In this document: positions 1-9,262 of the stretch, in pieces
Numbering within the stretch: position 1 is the stretch's first letter
Layout of the letters: each line of letters begins with the position of its first letter
NCBI GenBank assembly: GCA_037142615.1
Contig: JBAXAI010000006.1
Span: 64,001-128,000 of the forward strand
Reading direction: 5' to 3'
From: Spirochaetales bacterium
Lineage (GTDB): Bacteria; Spirochaetota; Spirochaetia; JABEVK01
DNA: 64,000 bases
The notes under the pieces: generated by a model
Database searches by the model: none
What the model was told of the DNA's origin: nothing
The model's input: only the letters and a program-made list of their open reading frames with translations
Made by a program: the position numbers and the translations under genes

Positions 1-1635
1 CGACTCGAGTTCCTTGCCGAGGAAGGCGTGGCAGAGGCTCCTTGGTTGCACCGGCGTTTCGAAAAGGACTTTGGTCTGTCGCTGAGCCGCAAAGACCGGC
101 GAGGCTACGGCCGCGCGGTCAACGTGCTCGAACGCATGGTCGACTCGCTCGAGCACACGCACGGTTCGCGCATGACGTGCTCGTTCATGGTGGGCCCGGT
201 TCAGGCGGCGAGCCCAACGGAGTCCGCGCCTCGGGGTGCGGTGGCAACAATGGCCAAGCGCGCCCTCGAAGGTGTCGAGGGCCGCACGCTCCTGGGCATC
301 GACGTGGGGGGCAGCGACATCAAGCTGGCCTTGTCGCTGAAGGGGCGCTTGGCCGCGCTCAAGGAATACGACTGGTTCCCGGCCAAGTTCACCCGAATCA
401 GCTCGCTGACCGATCCGTTGGAAGACCTCGTCAAACTGATGACGTGGCAGGCGATGGCACTGGGTGCGGCGGGAAAGCCCGACCCGGAGCTCGAGGCGGC
501 TCTCGCACCTGCCTTCGCTCACGGAGCCGACGACGCAGCTTTGCAAAAGGCCCTGCGAGCGGCGGCCCCGCTGGTGGCCCGGCATCCGGCGTTTCAGCTC
601 GACGGCATCGGGCACTCGTTCCCGGATGTCGTGGTGCGCGATAAAATTGTCGGCGGCGAGGTGTACAAAACGCGGGGCATCCGCGACAACGGCGCGCTCG
701 ACTACGAAGCCGAGTTTCAGGGCCTGACCAACCTCGACGTCCGGTTGCGGCCGTACGTGAGGCCTGAGGGCCTCATCGCCACGGTCAACGACGGTCCGAT
801 GGCCGCGTTCACGGCGCTGGTGGAGCAAGGGGCCGAGAATCCGCGCAGCGTGGCCGACGGGATCTTTGCGCACACGCTGGGCACCGAGTTGGGCACCGGT
901 TGGGTCACCGAAAACGGCGTCATCCCCGACGTGCCGCTCGAAGTGTACAACTTCATCATCGACCTGGGCTCGTACCCCGAGCGCGAGTTTGCGTGCGACG
1001 ATCCGCGCAGCAACCGCAACTTCAACACCGACTTGCCCGGAACCCTCCAAAAGTACACCAGCCAGAGTGGGGCGTTCCGGCTGGCCCTCAAGTACTTCCC
1101 GGGCGAACGAAAAGACCTGATGGCCGAACTCGCCGAAAAGGGTTTCGTGGTGCCCGTCGGCGCCTCCGGGATGAAGATTCCCCCGGCGTTCCGGATTCCC
1201 ACCGAACCCAAGGACTTGCGCAAGCCCTTCCTCGAGTACCTGATGAGCCTGCCCGACCGCGACGGGCACCCGACGGTCGAAAAGATCTTCACCGAAATCG
1301 GGGAGTTCTTGGCGGTGGCGACGCTGGAATGCAATCAGATTCTCGGCCCGGCAGCCCAATCGCGCATCCTGTTCGGTCGCATGGTGAAAAACGCTGCGTG
1401 CTTCCGGTTGATGCAGAAGGGGGCCCGGTCGATCAGCAAGACCATCGAACTCGTGCCAGCCGCCGACGACTTGGCCGTGACCAAGCTGATGAAAGAGCTC
1501 AAGGCCGATCCGGACCACACCGTCGCGCAGTTTGCGCAAGCCGTCGGCGCCATCTACTACGCGGCGAGCCGACTTGGGGTTGAACAGGGCGCGCAATTGG
1601 TTCTTAATGAAAGTGATCATGACAAAACGCCTTGA
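1..1635 (+). CDS. ROK/sugar-kinase-fold protein, 5'-truncated by the window edge
   Basis: Frame is open from base 1. Motifs GIDVGGSDIK (actin-like ATPase phosphate-1), NDG, TLGTELGTG and AVGAIYYA. Much longer than a normal ROK kinase. Confidence 0.7.
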   Translation, partial: RLEFLAEEGVAEAPWLHRRFEKDFGLSLSRKDRRGYGRAVNVLERMVDSLEHTHGSRMTCSFMVGPVQAASPTESAPRGAVATMAKRALEGVEGRTLLGIDVGGSDIKLALSLKGRLAALKEYDWFPAKFTRISSLTDPLEDLVKLMTWQAMALGAAGKPDPELEAALAPAFAHGADDAALQKALRAAAPLVARHPAFQLDGIGHSFPDVVVRDKIVGGEVYKTRGIRDNGALDYEAEFQGLTNLDVRLRPYVRPEGLIATVNDGPMAAFTALVEQGAENPRSVADGIFAHTLGTELGTGWVTENGVIPDVPLEVYNFIIDLGSYPEREFACDDPRSNRNFNTDLPGTLQKYTSQSGAFRLALKYFPGERKDLMAELAEKGFVVPVGASGMKIPPAFRIPTEPKDLRKPFLEYLMSLPDRDGHPTVEKIFTEIGEFLAVATLECNQILGPAAQSRILFGRMVKNAACFRLMQKGARSISKTIELVPAADDLAVTKLMKELKADPDHTVAQFAQAVGAIYYAASRLGVEQGAQLVLNESDHDKTP

Positions 1636-2374
1636 CCAAATACTGAAACTTCTTTCCGAACAACACAAAATAACTGTCATTCAGCTATCGGAAGAGCTTC
1701 ATGTGTCACCCGCTACCATCCGGCAGGATCTCACGGTGCTGGAGCAGGAAGGGCTTTTGGTGCGAACCCACGGCGGCGCTGAGCTCCGTGAGACCGACGA
1801 TTTGGCGCACCGCATGGCCATCAACTACGAGGACAAGCTCAAAATCGCGCGCCGCGCCGTCGAGTTCGTCAACGAGGGCGACACGATTTTCGTCGAGTCA
1901 GGCTCGACCAACGCCATCTTCGTCAAGGAACTGACCTCGCGCAAACGGGTCACGGTGATCACGTCGAACGCCTTCATCGCTCGTACGGTCGACCAGTCGC
2001 GCGGCGGCAGTGTCATCCTCATTGGCGGCGTCTACCAGCGCGAAAGCGAAAGCATAGTCGGCAACCTGGCCAAGTCGAACATCGACCAGTTGAACTTCAA
2101 ACAGGCCTTTTTGGGCGTCGATGGCTTTACCGTCGAAACCGGCTTTACCGGCCGCGACATGATGCGCGCCGAGATCGTGGCCTACATCGTGAAAAAGGCC
2201 CGCGAAGTGTTCATCCTGACCGACTCGTCGAAGTTCGGGCAGATCCACCTTTCGCAATACTGTCGGCTCGAAGACGTCGACCGCGTCGTGACCGACCAGG
2301 GGCTGGGCGCCGAGTTTCAGCAGGCGCTCGCCGGTCTGGTCGATCTCATCGTGGTCCCCAAAGACGCTTCCTAG
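1607..2374 (+). CDS. DeoR/GlpR family transcriptional regulator
   Basis: HTH VSPATIRQDLTVLEQEGLLVRTHGGA and DeoRC motifs IFVESGST and DSSKFG. ATG at 1607 or 1619. Confidence 0.93.
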   Translation: MKVIMTKRLDQILKLLSEQHKITVIQLSEELHVSPATIRQDLTVLEQEGLLVRTHGGAELRETDDLAHRMAINYEDKLKIARRAVEFVNEGDTIFVESGSTNAIFVKELTSRKRVTVITSNAFIARTVDQSRGGSVILIGGVYQRESESIVGNLAKSNIDQLNFKQAFLGVDGFTVETGFTGRDMMRAEIVAYIVKKAREVFILTDSSKFGQIHLSQYCRLEDVDRVVTDQGLGAEFQQALAGLVDLIVVPKDAS

Positions 2375-3495
2375 AGTTCAGCGACCTTCACCCAACGTTG
2401 TTGGTTCACCGACGCATAGGCCGCGTCCATGACCAGGTTGTTGAGAACCCCGTCGCGCAGCCCTGGGCTCGGTTCCCGCTTGTCGAGCACAGCCTTGAGG
2501 AACTGGTACTGGTTTTCGGCGTGGGTACGCTCCCAGCCGATGATGGCGCGGGCCGGCGGCACCAACGCCCCTTCGTAGGTCTGAATCGTCTCCAAACGCG
2601 TCCAGCCCGACTCGCCCGACTTGCGGGTGGCGTCGAAATAGTACAGCCAGTTGGCGTCCATCAGATCGAAGCGAAGCGCGCCCTTGGACCCTTCAATAGT
2701 CAGACGCAGGTCGTCGGCCGAACCGGTGGCAAACCGCGAAACGGTCAGCGTGCCGGTGGCGCCGTTCTTCATCGTCGCCTGAAGCCAGGCCGCGTCGTCC
2801 ACATCGACCGGGCCCATTTCGGACGAACCCTTGGCCACCGGACGTTCCTTGATGTAGGTCCTGGTCGTCGCCGAAATTTGGTCAAACTCACCCACCAAGA
2901 AGCGCACCAGGTCGATGATGTGCGACCCGAGGTCCATGATGGCGCCGCCCCCTGAGTCCTTCATGCGCATGCGCCAACTCAGCGGACGCGAAGCATCCTG
3001 ATACCCGGTATGGAGATACTCAGCATGATAGCGGTACACGTCGCCGATGGCGCCGGCTTCGACGAGCTTGCGCGCCTTTTGGATGGCGGGAACAAACCGG
3101 TAGTTGAAGGTCATCCCCAGGGTACCCTTCGACGCCGCAGCAACCGCCAGAAGTTCCTTGGCCTGCGATCCCGAAAGCGCCAGCGGCTTTTCGCAATAGA
3201 TGCTCTTGCCGGCCTTGAGGACGAGAAGAGCGGCTTCGGCGTGCGCGTCGTTGGGGAGCACGCAATCGATGACATCGACCGCAGGATCGTTCACCAGGTC
3301 GGTGAGGTTGGTGTAGGCCTTTGCAAAGCCACCGTCGGTTTGCGCCTCATGTGCGCTCTTTTCGGACCGGGTACACACCGCCTCGAGCCGGTAGCGGGGA
3401 AAGCTGGGGTAGTAACTGGGAATGCTGCGGTAGGCCAGGGTATGGAGTTTGCCTATTCCCCCATAGCCCAACATTCCGATGCCGAGAATTGCCAT
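2371..3495 (-). CDS. Gfo/Idh/MocA NAD(P)-dependent oxidoreductase (levoglucosan-dehydrogenase/3-ketoglycoside-like subgroup)
   Basis: GMLGYGGIG, CEKPLA, FNYRF, PLSWR, GGGAIMDLGSHIID, VDVDD. Confidence 0.9.
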   Translation of the reverse strand: MAILGIGMLGYGGIGKLHTLAYRSIPSYYPSFPRYRLEAVCTRSEKSAHEAQTDGGFAKAYTNLTDLVNDPAVDVIDCVLPNDAHAEAALLVLKAGKSIYCEKPLALSGSQAKELLAVAAASKGTLGMTFNYRFVPAIQKARKLVEAGAIGDVYRYHAEYLHTGYQDASRPLSWRMRMKDSGGGAIMDLGSHIIDLVRFLVGEFDQISATTRTYIKERPVAKGSSEMGPVDVDDAAWLQATMKNGATGTLTVSRFATGSADDLRLTIEGSKGALRFDLMDANWLYYFDATRKSGESGWTRLETIQTYEGALVPPARAIIGWERTHAENQYQFLKAVLDKREPSPGLRDGVLNNLVMDAAYASVNQQRWVKVAEL

Positions 3496-3504
3496 GGCTG
3501 CCCC

Positions 3505-4302
3505 TTAGCCCTTGAGGCCCTGGGCCGTCCGGTACTTGGCCGAGGCTTCGTCCATGGTGGCCTTGAGGTCGCGAACGGCCTGGGTGATGCCGCCCGCGCC
3601 GGGTTCAAACCGACCCTGGGGGCCCTTCATCAGCGGCGAAGAGAACTCGCCGACCGTCATGCCCCGGGCGATGAAGTCACCGACGTTCTTGCGGTTGAGG
3701 CCGCCGTCTTCCATCAGGTCGAGGTCGTGCTCGCGGCCGGCTTTGACGATCATTTCGTGCATGCGCGCGATGTTGTCGAGCATGATGGGGTCCATGGTGT
3801 GCGGGCTGGCAGCGCCGGTGGTGGGCTTCCAGAACGGTGCCTTGCTTTCGTATTCGATGATGTCGACAAACGGAATGTACTGTTCGAACGACACGATGGG
3901 AGTGCCCTGCCAGGCCCAAACGCCAACCTTGAGCTCGAGCGTTTCCTTGACGAACAGCACCTGCTGCATCAGCATTTCGCCGGTCGTCTCGATGGGAAGG
4001 CTGATCAGGTTGGCGCCCTGCTCCTTGAGCTGGCGCAGCAGGTCAAAGTTGGGACGCATCATCTGCAGCTGAACTTCGATTTCGAGGTTGGTGTGCCGGC
4101 GAATCCCCTCGAGGATGTCGATGCCACCACGGGGGGCCGAAAAGTCCATGTACTTGCCGTCGCGCATTTCGATGTGGATCCAGTCGGCGCCACCGGCCTC
4201 CAGTTCTTTCACGGTTGCGGCCAGGTTTCCATAGTCGGCCCAGAACAGGCCCGCTGCGATCTTCGTTTCTTTTCCAACAATACCGATTTTGGGAGTACTC
4301 AT
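3505..4302 (-). CDS. Ribulose-phosphate 3-epimerase family protein (RPE/AlsE-like, divergent)
   Basis: ADYGNLA, GADWIHIEMRDGKY, EDGGLN. ATG at 4302 follows a GGAGGTG RBS. Confidence 0.8.
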   Translation of the reverse strand: MSTPKIGIVGKETKIAAGLFWADYGNLAATVKELEAGGADWIHIEMRDGKYMDFSAPRGGIDILEGIRRHTNLEIEVQLQMMRPNFDLLRQLKEQGANLISLPIETTGEMLMQQVLFVKETLELKVGVWAWQGTPIVSFEQYIPFVDIIEYESKAPFWKPTTGAASPHTMDPIMLDNIARMHEMIVKAGREHDLDLMEDGGLNRKNVGDFIARGMTVGEFSSPLMKGPQGRFEPGAGGITQAVRDLKATMDEASAKYRTAQGLKG

Positions 4303-4325
4303 GTGTCTCACCTCCAGATGCGAAA

Positions 4326-4428
4326 AGAGTACCCTGAGTCCTTTCATATGTCAAGAAAAGGTCATCATATGAACGGCAATACGAAAACTATTTGCTTTCA
4401 CCTGAAGTCATGATATTCTTCATATGGA
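4326..4428. promoter_or_regulatory. Divergent sigma70 promoters overlapped by four TTCAyrTGAA-like boxes (putative DeoR operators)
   Basis: Minus strand TTGACA-17-TACTCT; plus strand TTGCTT-16-TATTCT with TG extension. Boxes near 4342, 4364, 4396 and 4419. Confidence 0.6.
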
Positions 4429-4447
4429 GTTCCAGGGAGGTTGTTTG

Positions 4448-5392
4448 ATGGAGTCATTTCTTTGCGGGGTGGATATTGGCGGGACAAAGCTCAGCGTGGG
4501 GCTGGTCACCGAGGCCGGCGACTTGGTGGATCAGCTGACCGTCCACGATCACGTCACGAAGACGCCGGACCTCATCATGCAGCAGATCGCCGGCCTCGTG
4601 GGGCAGCTTTTGGAACAAAACTCGCTGAAGCAAGACCGGCTTCGCGGCGTCGGCGTCGCAACGGCCGGGCACCTGCGCTTCCGCGACGGCACGCTGATCA
4701 CGATGAGCAACCTCGAGGGGTTCCGCGGCTATCCTATCCGTGACAAATTGCAGGCGCACTTCTCGGTGCCCGTGGTCGTCGACAACGACGCCAACGCGCA
4801 AGCGTTTGCCGAGTACAAGTTCGGGGCTGGGCGAGGGTACCCCGACCTGGTTTTTTTGACCATCAGCACGCAAATCGGAGCGGGCCTCATCCTCGGCGGC
4901 CAGATGTTCCGCGGCATGACGGGAACAGCGGGCGAGATCGGCCATACCATTGTCGACCCGAACAGCGACCTGGTGTGCCCCTGCGGCAACAAAGGTTGCT
5001 TGATCGCGGTGGCGTCGAGCGTGAACCTCGACAAAGTGTATCGGCGCAAGGTCGCGGGCTTGGGAGTTCAGCCCACCCTGGGCCCGGGCCTCATCGACGG
5101 GCCCTTCATCAAGAGGGGCCTCGACCAGGGCGACCCTGCCTCGCAGCAACTGGTGGCCGAGTACGCCGATTACATTGGCATCGCCCTGTACAACCTGTTT
5201 CAGATCTTCAATCCCAACGCCATCGTGCTCGGCGGCGGCCTGACCGCGTGGGGAGCCCCGTTCTTCGAGGGCATCGAACGCAAGTTCAAGGCTTTGGCCC
5301 GCGACATGCTTTTCGACCCCATGCCTATTTTGAAGGGAACCGTGGCGCACTCCGGTTTGGTGGGGGCCGCCTCGCTGGTGAGCGCCACGTGA
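4448..5392 (+). CDS. ROK family sugar kinase (glucokinase-like)
   Basis: GVDIGGTK, DNDANAQAFAE, GEIGH, CPCGNKGCL zinc motif. No HTH. Confidence 0.92.
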   Translation: MESFLCGVDIGGTKLSVGLVTEAGDLVDQLTVHDHVTKTPDLIMQQIAGLVGQLLEQNSLKQDRLRGVGVATAGHLRFRDGTLITMSNLEGFRGYPIRDKLQAHFSVPVVVDNDANAQAFAEYKFGAGRGYPDLVFLTISTQIGAGLILGGQMFRGMTGTAGEIGHTIVDPNSDLVCPCGNKGCLIAVASSVNLDKVYRRKVAGLGVQPTLGPGLIDGPFIKRGLDQGDPASQQLVAEYADYIGIALYNLFQIFNPNAIVLGGGLTAWGAPFFEGIERKFKALARDMLFDPMPILKGTVAHSGLVGAASLVSAT

Positions 5393-6876
5393 GCACGAAG
5401 TTCGACCTTGTAATCATCGGCTCCGGCTTGGGCGGCTCGGCTGCGGCCAAGGTGCTGCAAGCGACGGGCAAGTCGATTCTCATCGTGGAGCGCGGCGACT
5501 ACGTGAAGCAAGAGAAAGAAAACTGGGACGTCAACGAGGTGTCGGTAAAGCGGCGCTACGATTCGCCCGAAAAGTGGCTCGACGGCAAGGGCAAGGAGTT
5601 CAGCCCGCGCACCTATTACAACGTGGGTGGCAGCACCAAGTTCTATGGGGGTACCGCGCTCCGGTTCCGCGAGACCGACTTTCAGGAAAGAGCGGTGGGC
5701 GAAGGCCGCACGGTAGCCTGGCCGTTCGCCTATGCCGAGCTGGCCCCGTGGTACGAAAAGGCCGAGGAACTGCTCGAGGTGCACGGGCAGACCGGCGAAG
5801 ACCCTACCGAGCCCCCGAGGGGCGAGTTCCCCTACCCGGCGCTGGTACATGAGCCGACACTGGCGACGCTGGCCGAAAAGCTGAGCCAGCAGGGGCTGCA
5901 CCCCATCCATTTGCCCATCGCCATCGATCAAGGAGTCAAGGGCAAATGCATCAAAGGGAGTCCCTGCGACGGGTTCCCCTGTATGTACCGGGCCAAGGGA
6001 GACGCCGAGAACCGAATTTTGCGGCCCTTGCTCCTCAAAAAGCACCCCAACGTCACCCTGTGGACGAACGCCTTGGTCGACCGCCTCGAAACCTCGCCCG
6101 ATGGCAAACGGGTGGTCGCCGCGCACGTCGTGAAAAACGGCGAGGTGGTGGTGGTCGAAGGCGAGCATTTTATCGTGGCGGCGGGCGCGGTCAACTCGGC
6201 GGCGCTGCTGCTGAAGTCCAAAAGCCCCGCGCACCCCAAAGGGTTGGCGAACTCTTCCGACCAGGTGGGGCGCAACTTCATGTCGCACAACAACACGGTG
6301 CTTTTGGCCCTGCATCCGTTCCGCAAGAACCCGACCAAGTTCCAAAAGACCCTGACCATCCACGATTTTTACCAGCAAGGCACTTTTCAAGGGCGCGGCA
6401 AAGTTCAGCCCGAAATGCTGCAAGGCAAAAAAGACTGGGCGATGCGGACGTTCCGCAAGTTCATCGCGGCCCGAAGCGTCGACTTCTGGGTGATGTCAGA
6501 AGACCTTCCCACCCCCGACAACCGGGTCACGGTTGATGAAGCGGGGCGCATCCATCTGGCTCGCCGCGCCACCAATACCCTGGCGCACCAAGTGCTGATC
6601 TGGAAGGCGATGAACGCCTTGAGCAAAGCCGGCCTGCCGGTCTGTTTTGTCGACGAGCGTGGCACCTCCGCCATTCAGCACCAGTGCGGCACCGTTCGTT
6701 TTGGCAACGATCCGAAAACTTCGGTGCTGGACCAGTGGTGCCGCACCCACGAGGTCGCCAACCTGTACGTGATGGATGCCAGCTTCTTCCCGTCGTCGGC
6801 AGCCGTGAATCCCGCGCTGACCGTGCTCGCTCAGACCTTGCGGGCCGCCGAGCACCTCAAAGCCTCGTTGCTATAG
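5389..6876 (+). CDS. GMC family FAD oxidoreductase (glycoside 3-dehydrogenase/pyranose oxidase-like)
   Basis: IIGSGLGG FAD motif, VGGSTKFYGG, GLANSSDQVGRNFMSH, HQCGTVRFG, NPALT. GTG start overlaps the kinase stop. Confidence 0.9.
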   Translation: MSTKFDLVIIGSGLGGSAAAKVLQATGKSILIVERGDYVKQEKENWDVNEVSVKRRYDSPEKWLDGKGKEFSPRTYYNVGGSTKFYGGTALRFRETDFQERAVGEGRTVAWPFAYAELAPWYEKAEELLEVHGQTGEDPTEPPRGEFPYPALVHEPTLATLAEKLSQQGLHPIHLPIAIDQGVKGKCIKGSPCDGFPCMYRAKGDAENRILRPLLLKKHPNVTLWTNALVDRLETSPDGKRVVAAHVVKNGEVVVVEGEHFIVAAGAVNSAALLLKSKSPAHPKGLANSSDQVGRNFMSHNNTVLLALHPFRKNPTKFQKTLTIHDFYQQGTFQGRGKVQPEMLQGKKDWAMRTFRKFIAARSVDFWVMSEDLPTPDNRVTVDEAGRIHLARRATNTLAHQVLIWKAMNALSKAGLPVCFVDERGTSAIQHQCGTVRFGNDPKTSVLDQWCRTHEVANLYVMDASFFPSSAAVNPALTVLAQTLRAAEHLKASLL

Positions 6877-9258
6877 GGTGTGTTCCGTCCGGGCAATGAT
6901 ATCGTCTTGGGTATCGGGCGCCAGGTCGCGGAAGAACGCCGAATAGCCAGCCACCCGGACGACGAGATCGCGGTACTTCTCGGGGTCTTTTTTGGCGGCC
7001 AGCAGAGTCTCGCGCGACACAATGTTGTACTGCACGTGCCAACCCTTCAGGTCGTCAAAGAACGTGCGGATCATCGCCGCGAGCTTGGCCTTGTCGGCCG
7101 GGGTTTCGAGGGTCTTGGGCGAGAGTTTCTGGTTGAGCAGGATTCCACCGAAAATGCGCTCGGCCGGCAGTTTGCCGATTGACTGGAACACCGCCGTCGG
7201 ACCGAGCAGGTCTGTCCCCGAAGAGGGAGAGCAGCCTTCGGCTAGCGGCGTGCCGGCGTGGCGACCATCGGGCGTGGCGCCCACTTCCGACCCCGAAGGC
7301 ACGTTGGACGAAATGCTCGACGTACCCGGATAGTAGCCGCCGCCGCTGGGCCCACGTCCGTAGCGCGTGTTGTGCAGCTTTTCGATTTCGTCGGTGAAGG
7401 CAGCGTAGGCCTCGACCACCAACTGGTCCACTTCGTCGTCGTCGTTGCCGAACTTCGGCGCGTTGTTGAGCAGGCGCAGGCGCAGGATTTCGCCTTGCGG
7501 CCCGGCAAAGTCATTCGCCAGCGCGTCGAGCAGCTCCTGCCGACCGATCACGCCGTCTTCGAACACCAGCTTTTTGAGCGCAACCAGCGAATTGCCCAGG
7601 TTGGCAATGCCCACCTGCAGGCCCGAGACCCAGTCGTACACCGCGCCGCCTTCCTTGAGGTGCTTGCCGCGGCCAATGCAGTCGTCGGTAAAGGTGGAGC
7701 ACAACACGTCGGGAACCAGGTCTTCGAGGGCGGTGTCGACCGCGACGTCGATGGCGACACTGGCACGGGCATAAAACTGAACTTGCTTGGTCCACGCCGC
7801 CATGAGCGCGCGGAAGTCCTGGAAGGTCGTGAGCGAGCCCGTGCCGGGCAAAAAGGCCTTGCCCGACGCGGGGTCCTGACCGTCTCTCAGGGTTAAAATC
7901 AGCACGCGCATAAAATTAAGGAAGCTCATACCGGTGGTGCGGTAGCCCCATTTGCCCGGAACCGCGACCTCGATGCAACCGATGGCCGAATAGTCGCGCG
8001 CGTCTTCCAGGCTGACGCCCAAGCGGAGCATGCCGGGAATCACCACTTCGTCGTTGTTGAACGCCGGCATGCCAAAACCCTTTTCGATCACGCTGACGGC
8101 GCGGGCCAGGAACTCGGGGCTCATGCCCGAATGGTAGCGCACCGAAAGGTTGGGCTGGGTGAGTTTCATTTCGCCGACCGACTCGAGGATGAGCGAACTG
8201 AGGGCGTTGGTGGCATCGTGGCCCTCGCGGTTGACGCCGCCGATGGTGACGTTCTGGTACAGTGGCCCACCACCCGAGGTGCGGGTGTGACTCGACGAGC
8301 GAACTTTCTTGACGCAGGTGAGCTTGATCCACGTGCTGCACAGCAGCTCCTTCGCGGTTTCGGTGTCGATGGCACCGGTCCGCAGATCGTCGTCGTAGTA
8401 ACGGCCTAGGTACTGGTCGAGGCGGCCAAACGACAGTGAGTGACCGTTCGATTCAACTTGCAGCACCAACTGAAGGAACACGCTGAACTGCAACGCTTCG
8501 CGGAAGCTTTGGGGGCGCTTGGTCGCGATCGCCGCGCAGACTTGGGCCATCAGGGCGAGTTCAGCAGCGCGTTTCGGGTCCATTTCGGCTTTGGCTTGCG
8601 CGTCTGCCAAGTCGGCGTAGCGCTGAATGTAGAGGGTCAAGCCTTCCAGAACGTCGAGCATCGCGAGGTACAACTGGCGTTTCTTGAGGTCAAAGAACGA
8701 AGTGGGGTCGAGCGACGCCAGCGCGGCTTTCACCAAGGAGGTGTAGCCCGCAACGCCCAGGTCGAGCGCCTTGGTCAGGTTGATCGCCACGTGGCCGTCA
8801 CCCGAGGTCATGTTCCCCTCGGCCTTGATGATCTTGGTGGCGTGCAGTTCTTCCAGTTCGGGCGAGAGCAGGGCGTGGGCGTGCTCCTGAAGAGTCTTGC
8901 CTCGCCAGTAGTGGCAGATGGCCTTCAGCTCGGCCTTGACCTCGGGGGTGGCAAAGTAGGCTTCGGCGGTGCGCTGATCGATCTCATCGATTTCTTTTTC
9001 GATCCAACCGATGGCGTATTCCGGGAAGATGGCGGCGGCTTTGGGCCGGGAGGCCGTGTTGCCGAGCACCAGATCCTCGGGTTCGATGTAGAGGGTCATC
9101 TCGGCCAGGGTTTGCTTGAGGGCCAAACCGCGACGGCGGACAACGGGCAAAGGTTCGTTTTCGCGGTACACCCGCGTATAGATGCGGGCGCGTTCGGGGC
9201 AGATCGTCGCTTTGGTCGACAGCATCTTGTCTTTGGCACGTTGCATTCGCTCGGTCAT
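6871..9258 (-). CDS. ybiW: Glycyl radical enzyme, YbiW/PflF-type
   Basis: RVAGYS glycyl radical loop and GCIE thiyl Cys. Segments KAEGNMTSGDGH, PLYQNVTIGG, YDWVSGLQVGIANLGNSL and IIARTEH match E. coli YbiW as recalled. Confidence 0.88.
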   Translation of the reverse strand: MTERMQRAKDKMLSTKATICPERARIYTRVYRENEPLPVVRRRGLALKQTLAEMTLYIEPEDLVLGNTASRPKAAAIFPEYAIGWIEKEIDEIDQRTAEAYFATPEVKAELKAICHYWRGKTLQEHAHALLSPELEELHATKIIKAEGNMTSGDGHVAINLTKALDLGVAGYTSLVKAALASLDPTSFFDLKKRQLYLAMLDVLEGLTLYIQRYADLADAQAKAEMDPKRAAELALMAQVCAAIATKRPQSFREALQFSVFLQLVLQVESNGHSLSFGRLDQYLGRYYDDDLRTGAIDTETAKELLCSTWIKLTCVKKVRSSSHTRTSGGGPLYQNVTIGGVNREGHDATNALSSLILESVGEMKLTQPNLSVRYHSGMSPEFLARAVSVIEKGFGMPAFNNDEVVIPGMLRLGVSLEDARDYSAIGCIEVAVPGKWGYRTTGMSFLNFMRVLILTLRDGQDPASGKAFLPGTGSLTTFQDFRALMAAWTKQVQFYARASVAIDVAVDTALEDLVPDVLCSTFTDDCIGRGKHLKEGGAVYDWVSGLQVGIANLGNSLVALKKLVFEDGVIGRQELLDALANDFAGPQGEILRLRLLNNAPKFGNDDDEVDQLVVEAYAAFTDEIEKLHNTRYGRGPSGGGYYPGTSSISSNVPSGSEVGATPDGRHAGTPLAEGCSPSSGTDLLGPTAVFQSIGKLPAERIFGGILLNQKLSPKTLETPADKAKLAAMIRTFFDDLKGWHVQYNIVSRETLLAAKKDPEKYRDLVVRVAGYSAFFRDLAPDTQDDIIARTEHTL

Positions 9259-9262
9259 GGGG

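Noticed and set aside
4975-5388. Long N-terminal extensions in the ORF track (GMC from 4975, ROK from 12893 and 35923, UPF0303 from 21369, TauE from 32708) as fusions or frameshifts
   Set aside because: They overlap real neighbouring genes; downstream starts coupled to upstream stops or an RBS explain the proteins.
6871-9258. GRE as pyruvate formate-lyase or a sulfonate C-S lyase (IslA/HpsG) linked to SQ catabolism
   Set aside because: It has a single Cys (GCIE) rather than the PFL Cys-Cys pair, resembles YbiW along its length, and lies 17 kb from the SQ genes in a separate regulon.
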